A stretch of 63,676 nucleotides of DNA, filler included, from Octopus bimaculoides (Eukaryota): assembly GCF_001194135.2 (NCBI RefSeq). It is 4 parts of 3 records of this genome, joined end to end, with 100 filler letters (N's around TTAATTAATTAA, not from the genome) between each part and the next. Parts side by side here need not be neighbours in the genome. Positions count along the whole stretch, not along the records: positions 29,801 to 58,389 come from NC_068985.1; positions 58,490 to 63,676 come from NW_026383355.1; 2 more parts are not named here. One strand, 5' to 3'. Each line of letters starts with the position of its first letter. The stretch's first letter is position 1. The notes below the pieces were generated by a model, which saw only the letters and a list, made by a program, of their open reading frames with translations, ran no database searches and was not told the DNA's origin. The translations under genes and the position numbers were made by a program. This document shows positions 53,607 through 63,676 of this stretch, piece after piece.

Positions 53607-54099
53607 TATGTGTGTGTGTGTGTGTGAATGTATGTATGTCTGCTTATGAGTGTGAGCCTAGGCAAAACTTTTATTGACAACCAGCTTTATGTTGCAGGTC
53701 TTCTTTCTCTACTCAGATAATGTTTACCCACATAAAGTCAGGACCAATACAGCTTAGCACTATCATCATCACAAAGGAAGTAAGAGCATAGCGATCCACA
53801 AGCCATTTCATCCACTGCATTAACAATACTGCCAAGCAACCGCCTTAGACTTTTGTTTTATATTAACCTCAGAAATAAGTACAAGAACTTGACCAGCATA
53901 GTTAGAATCATACAAATATAACCGCAAAGAGAATATAAAAATTAAAGTGAATGTACAGGTGCAGGTGTGGTTGCTTCTCAATCACATGGTATAAAAAAAA
54001 TACTGCATTATTTATGGGATAACCCAGTAAAAGACAAAGGAATGCAAAAATCTGGACTTTTTGAAGATGGTAATCCTAAATAACATTGATCTACAAGGT

Positions 54100-55570
54100 T
54101 TTTGGTGTTTAGGAAATAGACATCATTCCTATACAAAATCGGTCTCCTGAATCCAAATATAATCTTCTTTTTGACCTATCAAATCTACGCAGTGTTCATT
54201 ATTCTAAGCTTTTTTCTTTTTCCATACTTTTTAAATATTTTGGTGAATTAAGCAATAGAAAATGAGCAAGATGTCCTCTTCAAGAAAGGGTTGCATAAAT
54301 TCTCCAGATGTGTTTTGTTATATTTGTGGAGAATACACATTACCTGAAAATTGAAAAAACATCACTGATTTTGTTGAAACAGATTATATGGTATATTTTG
54401 GGGTCAAGCTGGGAGACCAAGATAAATATTGGGCACCACATAATGTCTGCAAACAATGTACAGAACATTTGCAACAATGGACTAAAGGAACAAGGAAAAG
54501 TATGAGGTTGGCTCTAACAATGGTATGACCCCTATAATCACGTGGACGACTGATGTTTTTGTAACCTGAATTTGAAGGGCATTAACTGGAAAAATCAACA
54601 AACACTTGTCTATCCTAATCTTGCCTCTGGTATTAGACCGGTTCCACACAGTGAAGAGTTTCTTGTTCCTATCTTTAATGTCTTGCCTCAGATAACTTTA
54701 CCCTCAACCAAAGAAGATCCATCACCTGAAAATTACACTACAGATCAAGACTTTTCAGTTGAGTCTTTACCTCGGCTATTCTCCCAGGTAGAGCTGAATG
54801 ATCTAGTTCATGACTTGAACCTCCCAAAAAAATTTTGCAGAACTGTTGGCTTCCCGACTGAAAGAGAAGACTCTTCTAGAGAATGGTGCCCGTATAATTT
54901 TTTATTGGAGTTGGTATGAAGAGTTCTTTTCTTTCTTCACAAAAGAGGAAGAGCTGGTTTATTGCAGAGATGTCAGTGGGCTTCTTAAACTTGGCATTGA
55001 GGAATATAAACCAGAGGAATGACGTCTTTTCATAGACAGATCTAAGCTTAAAATGTGTATTGTTGCACATCGGAAATGTGTATGACTGTCCCATTTAGCT
55101 ACTCAACAACTCTGAACGAAAAATATGAAGAAATTAAGTTGGTTTTAGAGAAGATACTGTATCATGATCATAAATGGGTCATCTGCATTGACTTAAAGAT
55201 GGTGAATTTTCTCATGCGATAGTAATCTGGTTATACCAAATACCTATGTGGGACAGTAGAGACTGAGTAAACCACTATGTTAAGAAAGACTGGCTGCCTC
55301 AAACAAATATGGCTCCATGTAGAGCCATATATTGGAAGAACCCTTAGTTGAGTGAGATAAGATTATTTACCCCTTTTGCTCAAAATTTGGATTGATCAAG
55401 CAATTTGTCAAAGCTCTTGATGAAAATGGAGAGTGCTTCAAGTATATCTGCAGTGTATTTCCAGACTTGATGATTGAAAAACTTAAAGCAGGGATTTTTG
55501 ATGGACCACAGATCCATAAGCTCTTGAAGGGGACAAATTTTGTGAAAACGATGAGTGGAAATGAAGCAAT
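54100..55570 (+). mobile_element. Chapaev-like (CMC superfamily) DNA transposon relic
   Basis: Fragmented ORFs read C.ICGEYT...YFGVKLGDQDKYWAPHNVCKQC..HLQQW, VYPNLASGIRPVPH, SQVELNDLVHDLNLPK and KLGLIKQFVKALDENGECFKYICSVFP...KLKAGIFDGPQIHKLL. These are motifs I recall from Chapaev3-type transposases. Confidence 0.75.
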
Positions 55571-55660
55571 TTAAAAACTTTTTTTTTTAAAAATTATAAT
55601 TGACCCATATGTGACAAGTATTTGAAATAAAAAGATGATTCTTTTTCCTTCTTATTTCAG

Positions 55661-55839
55661 GTCTTCTTTGCAAGACTGGAGTGAAGGGGACATACGTTCC
55701 ATTGGAGTAATTTTCAACTCTACAAAAATTAGGGACCTTCGACCTTATACGCAATACCAAGTTAAAGTATTTGCTGTGAATGAGATTGGCCCTAGTCAAT
55801 CAAGTGAACCTTCTGCCATACAACGCACAAGCTCTGAAG
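55661..55839 (+). CDS. Fibronectin type III domain, C-terminal half
   Basis: TTTCAG acceptor, GTATGT donor at 55840. (K)SSLQDWSEGDIRSIGVIFNSTKIRDLRPYTQYQVKVFAVNEIGPSQSSEPSAIQRTSSE has the L.PYT.Y...V.A.N..G.S motif. Phase 2 to 1, in frame with 52044-52167. Confidence 0.92.
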
Positions 55840-56621
55840 GTATGTTGTTCATTCTACTCAACATTGTTGTAGTGAGAGTGTTTCTTTTAATATGGTTTTG
55901 TTGATGTTGTTTAGTCTCAAGTTTAGCCATGTATCGTTTCTGTATTTCAGACATTAGAGGTCAATTTGAGGGTATCTACTTTTTGTAGTAAGTTGAATGA
56001 CCATGTAGAGGACCCATGAGGGTGGCGGCGGTGGGGTTCCTCTACATGGTGATTCAACATCCTAATGCCAACCATTTCACAAAGTATACTAAGTGTTCTT
56101 TTTATGTGGCACCAGCAGCCTTGAAGTTACTAAATAACTTACAAGACAAAACCCCACCCACCTCAATTGAGAGGAGAATAGTATTGTGGGAGGTGGCTTT
56201 TTGCCAGAAGATGAGAGGTTAGAGCAATGGTCCTAGACCGGGGTCTATATGACCCTTGGGAGTCCTTATAAGATTTTGCTGTTAAAATTTAACTGCAATA
56301 AATTTGGTTATACTTCTACAAAACACAAAATATTTTAACAATTTTTTTTCTTTACTATTCCTTATAATATTCAATTATAAAGATATAATATATTTTTTCT
56401 TTTAAACATTGACTGGTTAGGAAGATCCACTTCAATAATATGGAAATCATAAGTGCCCATAGGTAAAAAAAAGGGTTGAGAAATATTGGGCTAGAGTAGG
56501 AATAAAGAGACAAAAATTGGTACTTGCAATAAAAGGAGATACATGTCTACCTCAAGTAGTAGGGAGAGGAGATTTTGAAGTGTGATGGGGTGGGGTAGTA
56601 CCCTCAACTTGCAGGGAGGTA

Positions 56622-56842
56622 TATACAAGCGGGTTGTGAGAAGTTCCTGGTTTTCGGTGAAAGAAAACACAGGAAAATAAGTTGATTATGATTTTATACA
56701 ACATATTCCCTCTCAGGTTCACACACTTATTGCAGTGATCCTTCAGTTTTCCTAAACCCTGTAAAAGAACTCCGAAGGTTGGGCTTCCAACCAGGCCATT
56801 TGTGATAGCCTTAGAGTCAGGAACTTTTCAGTACTCTGTCGT
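56622..56842. mobile_element. Mariner-derived MITE, copy 1
   Basis: Degenerate TIRs (..GTGAGAAGTTCCTGG / CAGGAACTTTTCAGTAC..), about 220 bp, homologous to 56876-57093. Confidence 0.7.
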
Positions 56843-56875
56843 GTGTGTGTGCACACGCGCACGCACACACACATA

Positions 56876-57093
56876 TCATAGGGTACTGATAAGTTCCTGC
56901 CTTTGAGTAAAAGAAAATACAGGAGAATCAGTTAATTATGATTTTATTCAACATATTCCCCTCTCAGGTTCACACACTTATGGCAGTGGTCCTTCAGTTT
57001 TTCTAAACCCTTTAACAGAACTAAGAAGGCGGGGCCCCTAACCAGGCCTTTCATGATACCCTTAAACTCAGGAATTTTACAGCACCCCCTCAT
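56876..57093. mobile_element. Mariner-derived MITE, copy 2
   Basis: TIRs GGGTACTGATAAGTTCCTG / CAGGAATTTTACAGCACCCC. Shares the core CAACATATTCCCCTCTCAGGTTCACACACTTAT with copy 1. Confidence 0.7.
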
Positions 57094-58328
57094 ATAAGTG
57101 AAGTGGAACCAAGGATTGGATAAAATGAATGGGTGGATAAGTTGACAATATTGCGAAAAGTGGGTGGAGGGATGGGAAGGGAATGTAGTGAATGGACAAA
57201 AATAGAGGGGAGGGGTTTGTTAGGAAGGTATGTTGTGTTGTTGCAATAAATGTTATAAGGGATGGCTGTCCACAAGTGCAAGTCCCATGAGTCAGAGTGG
57301 CTGTTCCAGCACATCTTCCTCGCCATCCTCCAGGACAATGCCTTTTCCATTTTGTCTGCTGGGACCGTGAGAAATGTTTTATAATAAAGATATATAAAGA
57401 AGAAAAGGAAAAAAAATGTAATAATCAGAATTTGGAAAGACAGTTCCAAGAGTGATGCAAATGTAAGAAGGTTTGTTCATTCATAACAATGAATAGAAAG
57501 TATTCCAATAGAACTGGCTAATGACGGCGGTGGTGGTGCCAACAGCATCAGTAGCAGCCATCACAATAACAACAATGACAAAACAAAGCTATCAGAACAA
57601 TTTCTCAGTGTATTCAGTATTTGGATTGTTACTTTTTTTTTTTTTTTTTTTACATCACAACCTTTTCATAAGTTACACGTTTCACATGGTTCCTTTATTT
57701 TGCATTTCATTCTTTCATGAATTCTAATGAAATATGCAAGATAAGATGGCAGAGTTCTATTTTTCTTTCTGACATTTTTTTTTGTTTTTGAATAATTTTA
57801 TTTCAGTTGTTAGATTTTATATTTTTTCTTTAATTATTTTCTACTAATGAGTAAGTTCTGTTGTTTAATGAGTCAGCTAGGCTGAATAGATCATGTGTGG
57901 AATGTGTTAATGAGAATGGTGAGTTTCTTTGTTGAAGTCCCTTTCCTCTCCACCAACTTGCACAATATCACTTGCTACTATTATGTTGTTTATGATATAT
58001 TTAATGTTGGCCTTGTTGTGTACTAAGCACCAAATTGTCTACATTTGTTGCTACGGTATGCACTATTCGGGTCTGCATGTGACAAATGCCATGTGAGTGG
58101 AGTTTGGTAGATGGAAGCTGAAAGAAGTCTGTCATGTGTGTCTTTGTGCTTGGTCCCCACCATTGCTTTACAGCTAATGCTGATCTATTTACACAACTTA
58201 GCAGATCAGCATAAGCAACTGATAGAAAGTATCAAGCTCAAAAAAATTGGGGTTAATTCATTCAATTATAACTCTTCAAAGCAGTGCCTCAGCATAACCG
58301 CAGCCCGATGACTGAAACAAATGATATA

Positions 58329-58389
<61 letters not shown>

Positions 58390-60700
58390 NNNNNNNNNNN
58401 NNNNNNNNNNNNNNNNNNNNNNNNNNNNNNNNNTTAATTAATTAANNNNNNNNNNNNNNNNNNNNNNNNNNNNNNNNNNNNNNNNNNNNTGGATGCCCTT
58501 CCTAACGCCAACTACTCCAAGAGTGTAGTGGGTACTTTTACGTGCCACCAGCACAAGGGCCAGTCAGGCGGTACTGGCAACAACCACACACAAAAGGTGN
58601 NNNNNNNNNTTTACATGCTTCCTGCGTGGGAGCCAGTCTGGTGGCACTGGCAACAACCATGCTTGAATGTTGTTTTTCACGTGCCAGTGGCACATGGGCC
58701 GGTAAGGCGATGGTGGGGCTGAACCTGAAACTATGTGGTAGGGAAGCAAGCTTCTTACCACATAGTCACGTTGGCACCTATATATATATGCTTATATATG
58801 ACTTTTTAAAATTTATTCTTTGTAAGTCAATTTATTACTTATAAGAGAAATGTAAAAACCACTGGTGCTGGTGCCACATAAAAATCACTGGTGATGGTGC
58901 CATGTAAACAGCACTTTGTAAAGTGGTTGGCATTATGAAGGGCATCCAGCTGTAGAAACCAAGCAAAAGCAAGCTATGGAACCTGGTGTGGCCCCTGGTC
59001 TTACCAGTTCTAATCAAGCTGTCCAACCCATGCCAGCTTTGAAAACAGACCTTAAATGTTATTGATGATGATGATGATGAAGTTAAATTTTGCCTTATGG
59101 CAAGTAATACAACAGGCCCGGCAGGACATATTGGGAAAATTATTTCATGTAAAAAATCAAAAGCTGTGGCACTATTTGTGTTAGATTTAAAACTGAAGAT
59201 GCAGCCAAAACAAAGGCTGAAGTAGTCTGACATTTCAATGAAGCACAGGAGTCCCAGTAAGAGACAGTTGACATNNNNNNNNNNNNNNNNNNNNNNNNNN
59301 NNNNNNNNNNNNNNNNNNNNNNNNNNNNNNNNNNNNNNNNNNNNNNNNNNNNNNNNNNNNNNNNNNNNNNNNNNNNNNNNNNNNNNNNNNNNNNNNNNNN
59401 NNNNNNNNNNNNNNNNNNNNNNNNNNNNNNNNNNNNNNNNNNNNNNNNNNNNNNNNNNNNNNNNNNNNNNNNNNNNNNNNNNNNNNNNNNNNNNNNNNNN
59501 NNNNNNNNNNNNNNNNNNNNNNNNNNNNNNNNNNNNNNNNNNNNNNNNNNNNNNNNNNNNNNNNNNNNNNNNNNNNNNNNNNNNNNNNNNNNNNNNNNNN
59601 NNNNNNNNNNNNNNNNNNNNNNNNNNNNNNNNNNNNNNNNNNNNNNNNNNNNNNNNNNNNNNNNNNNNNNNNNNNNNNNNNNNNNNNNNNNNNNNNNNNN
59701 NNNNNNNNNNNNNNNNNNNNNNNNNNNNNNNNNNNNNNNNNNNNNNNNNNNNNNNNNNNNNNNNNNNNNNNNNNNNNNNNNNNNNNNNNNNNNNNNNNNN
59801 NNNNNNNNNNNNNNNNNNNNNNNNNNNNNNNNNNNNNNNNNNNNNNNNNNNNNNNNNNNNNNNNNNNNNNNNNNNNNNNNNNNNNNNNNNNNNNNNNNNN
59901 NNNNNNNNNNNNNNNNNNNNNNNNNNNNNNNNNNNNNNNNNNNNNNNNNNNNNNNNNNNNNNNNNNNNNNNNNNNNNNNNNNNNNNNNNNNNNNNNNNNN
60001 NNNNNNNNNNNNNNNNNNNNNNNNNNNNNNNNNNNNNNNNNNNNNNNNNNNNNNNNNNNNNNNNNNNNNNNNNNNNNNNNNNNNNNNNNNNNNNNNNNNN
60101 NNNNNNNNNNNNNNNNNNNNNNNNNNNNNNNNNNNNNNNNNNNNNNNNNNNNNNNNNNNNNNNNNNNNNNNNNNNNNNNNNNNNNNNNNNNNNNNNNNNN
60201 NNNNNNNNNNNNNNNNNNNNNNNNTTAGAAAGATGCCAAATAGCAAGATTCAGAATATAAACAACATCCAAAAGATAGATTATTAATAAAATGTAAATTC
60301 TGAGCAAGCTGGCAGAATTGTTAGCCCAGCAAGCAAAATGCTTCATAACGTTTCATCTGTCATTACGTTCTCAGTTCTAATTCTGACCAGGCTGACTTTT
60401 CCTTTTATCCTTTTGGTGCAGATAAAATAATTACCAGTCGAACACAGGGGGCGATGTAATCAAGTTACCCACTATAACAAAATTACTGGCCTTGTACCAA
60501 AATGTGAAAGTGATATTATACTGAACGTAGGAGATATTACCATCAAGATGTTGGATAGTTTTTAACAAATGTCTGAAGAAAATAGCTCATTGGTGCATTC
60601 AGTTGCATTTAAATACTATTTTGGAAATGGTTAAGTAACTGAAGTTGTAAAGTACTTTAACTCAACCAATGTGGTAATCTTCCATGCTTTATTTCTTTAA

Positions 60701-60905
60701 CCCTTTAGCATTCAAACCAAATATTCTACCTGTTTCATATTCAAACTGGTTATATCTGGCCTCTCACACCTTCTATACAATTTCATTCTCGAAATAAACA
60801 CTCACAAATTCAAAATCTGAAAGTTAAGAAATAATGTATGACTAATTCAAAACAATGTGAATAAATAAGCAGTGTGCTTGACAGAGCAATCTGAATGTTA
60901 AAGGG
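60701..60905. mobile_element. piggyBac-like MITE (TTAA target)
   Basis: TTAA|CCCTTTAGCATTC ... GAATGTTAAAGGG|TTAA. Confidence 0.8.
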
Positions 60906-61854
60906 TTAAATTATACCTTGTTTTAATTATTTTGGTCTTCATTGTACGTTTTTATTTATTTATTTTCATGCAAATATATGTGAGTCTGTCACATACTTTT
61001 GCATTTGCNNNNNNNNNNNNNNNNNNNNNNNNNNNNNNNNNNNNNNNNNNNNNNNNNNNNNNNNNNNNNNNNNNNNNNNNNNNNNNNNNNNNNNNNNNNN
61101 NNNNNNNNNNNNNNNNNNNNNNNNNNNNNNNNNNNNNNNNNNNNNNNNNNNNNNNNNNNNNNNNNNNNNNNNNNNNNNNNNNNNNNNNNNNNNNNNNNNN
61201 NNNNNNNNNNNNNNNNNNNNNNNNNNNNNNNNNNNNNNNNNNNNNNNNNNNNNNNNNNNNNNNNNNNNNNNNNNNNNNNNNNNNNNNNNNNNNNNNNNNN
61301 NNNNNNNNNNNNNNNNNNNNNNNNNNNNNNNNNNNNNNNNNNNNNNNNNNNNNNNNNNNNNNNNNNNNNNNNNNNNNNNNNNNNNNNNNNNNNNNNNNNN
61401 NNNNNNNNNNNNNNNNNNNNNNNNNNNNNNNNNNNNNNNNNNNNNNNNNNNNNNNNNNNNNNNNNNNNNNNNNNNNNNNNNNNNNNNNNNNNNNNNNNNN
61501 NNNNNNNNNNNNNNNNNNNNNNNNNNNNNNNNNNNNNNNNNNNNNNNNNNNNNNNNNNNNNNNNNNNNNNNNNNNNNNNNNNNNNNNNNNNNNNNNNNNN
61601 NNNNNNNNNNNNNNNNNNNNNNNNNNNNNNNNNNNNNNNNNNNNNNNNNNNNNNNNNNNNNNNNNNNNNNNNNNNNNNNNNNNNNNNNNNNNNNNNNNNN
61701 NNNNNNNNNNNNNNNNNNNNNNNNNNNNNNNNNNNNNNNNNNNNNNNNNNCATCATGACTACCTGTCTGATAAGGGTACACCGGGCACATGCATCACAAC
61801 AATATGTACGCGACGCGGTGATCTCGTATCAACATAAACAGCACATGACCTTGC

Positions 61855-62600
61855 AGGTTGGGGCCTAGTTAGAATTTTCTCCAGATTGAGTAGCCCATCC
61901 CACTCAAAAAGGTCTCTGAATAAGGTTTGTTTAAGGATGATGAACAAAACGCTCATGTTTCCAAAGATGAATTATTCAAGCCCCAAAGAATTCCTCTCAA
62001 NNNNNNNNNNCTATGATGCTCCCCAACTACTTCTGCTCATGATCAGAGATGCACATATCACCAACCACCAAGGGACATGCTCAACTGGTTAGGGTCAAAC
62101 AACTGACAAGCAAANNNNNNNNNNNNNNNNNNNNNNNNNNNNNNNNNNNNNNNNNNNNNNNNNNNNNNNNNNNNNNNNNNNNNNNNNNNNNNNNNNNNNN
62201 NNNNNNNNNNNNNNNNNNNNNNNNNNNNNNNNNNNNNNNNNNNNNNNNNNNNNNNNNNNNNAGCTGGCAGAATTGTTAGCACATTGGGTGAAATGCTTAG
62301 TATTTTGTCCATCTTTACATTCTGAGTTCAAACTCTGCTGAAGTCGACTTTGCCTTTCATCCTTTCAGGGTTGATAAATTAAGTACAAGGTTGAGTAGTC
62401 CATCCCGCTCAAAAGGTCCCTGAATAAGGTTTAGGATGATGAATGAAACACCCATGTTTCTAGAGGTGAATTATTCAAANNNNNNNNNNNNNNNNNNNAC
62501 ACATGGCTATGATGCTCCCCCACTACTTCTACTCGTGATCAGAGATGCTCATATCGTCAACCACTAAGGGACATGCTCTGGCAAGCAAATCTGTGGTACT
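61855..62600. repeat. Two copies of an unclassified interspersed repeat (about 61860-62115 and 62392-62600)
   Basis: Shared GAGTAG.CCATCCC.CTCAAAA.GGTC.CTGAATAAGGTTT...GCTATGATGCTCCCC.ACTACTTCT.CTC.TGATCAGAGATGC. Confidence 0.7.
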
Positions 62601-63285
62601 GACCAGAATATTTGTTGTAGCACACATTTTATACCAAGAGAAAACATGTACAGGATACAGTGAATAAATTATTATCTAAATTACACAAAAATGAAAATAA
62701 CACTTACATCTCATTTTAACAGATNNNNNNNNNNNNNNNNNNNNNNNNNNNNNNNNNNNNNNNNNNNNNNNNNNNNNNNNNNNNNNNNNNNNNNNNNNNN
62801 NNNNNNNNNNNNNNNNNNNNNNNNNNNNNNNNNNNNNNNNNNNNNNNNNNNNNNNNNNNNNNNNNNNNNNNNNNNNNNNNNNNNNNNNNNNNNNNNNNNN
62901 NNNNNNNNNNNNNNNNNNNNNNNNNNNNNNNNNNNNNNNNNNNNNNNNNNNNNNNNNNNNNNNNNNNNNNNNNNNNNNNNNNNNNNNNNNNNNNNNNNNN
63001 NNNNNNNNNNNNNNNNNNNNNNNNNNNNNNNNNNNNNNNNNNNNNNNNNNNNNNNNNNNNNNNNNNNNNNNNNNNNNNNNNNNNNNNNNNNNNNNNNNNN
63101 NNNNNNNNNNNNNNNNNNNNNNNNNNNNNNNNNNNNNNNNNNNNNNNNNNNNNNNNNNNNNNNNNNNNNNNNNNNNNNNNNNNNNNNNNNNNNNNNNNNN
63201 NNNNNNNNNNNNNNNNNNNNNNNNNNNNNNNNNNNNNNNNNNNNNNNNNNNNNNNNNNNNNNNNNNNNNNNNNNNNNNNNNNNNN

Positions 63286-63676
63286 GTCAACAGGATGTTT
63301 GGTTTTTATCACTCTCAGTACATGTTTTGGGAACACAGGACACCAAGAGTTGTTCTGTGTGTTCACCATCTGATCCTGGCAGAAATTTTTCTCATATGAG
63401 GATAACCAAAGCAAGTTTGGTTGGAAGTGATATTTGAGTTTGTTCAAAAGTTTTGTAGCACAGTCTTTCCTCTTGTCCTTGATGGTTTGGAATAAAAATT
63501 GGCCCTTTCTCATCTTGTATGANNNNNNNNNNAATCTCTTCATGCACTGCCTGCCTGATAAGAAACTCAGTCACTCCCATGTCCCTGACTTGGAGGGATC
63601 GTTGGCAATCATGGCCTGGATCTCATCAACAAATTCAGGAGTTCTTTTCTCATCAGAATGATCAGAGTGAGTTTTC
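63286..63676 (-). mobile_element. Tc1/mariner-superfamily transposase fragment (maT/DD37D-like)
   Basis: Minus-strand ...KLLNKLK...LWLSSYEKNFCQDQMVNTQNNSW...KTKHPV resembles the first catalytic Asp region (SDEK.F...N.QN.RW...TKHP). Confidence 0.7.

Noticed and set aside
1-63676. CRISPR arrays, rRNA or prokaryotic/phage systems
   Set aside because: No repeat-spacer arrays, rRNA or operon-like coding density; the sequence is clearly eukaryotic and intron-rich.

Overview
AT-rich, gap-riddled metazoan genomic DNA with spliceosomal introns. The dense (AT)n/(AC)n/(AG)n microsatellites and the SINE families suggest a coleoid cephalopod such as Octopus; this is an inference, not a database result. 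Two host genes are visible, both on the + strand: (1) the last four coding exons of a prolyl 3-hydroxylase (P3H/leprecan family; 10812-16599) with HxD...H...R catalytic residues and a C-terminal NEEL; (2) two exons (52044-52167, 55661-55839) that splice in frame into one complete fibronectin type III domain of an unidentified Ig/FN3 or receptor-phosphatase-type protein. The rest is tRNA-derived SINEs, LINE fragments (RTE, R4/RLE-type, CR1-like), mariner/Tc1 and Chapaev-like relics, MITEs and simple repeats. The most notable unannotated signal is a set of type I hammerhead ribozyme (HHR) motifs in unrelated small repeats (about 150-191, 2329-2372, 26946-27017, partial at 34851-34899). They have palindromic stem III, the dimer-type design known from Penelope-like elements, and each lies in or next to an inverted repeat or fold-back. 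The copy at 26946-27017 looks intact and sits inside a 382-bp element with 75-bp terminal inverted repeats. TE boundaries are approximate unless TIR/TSD positions are given.
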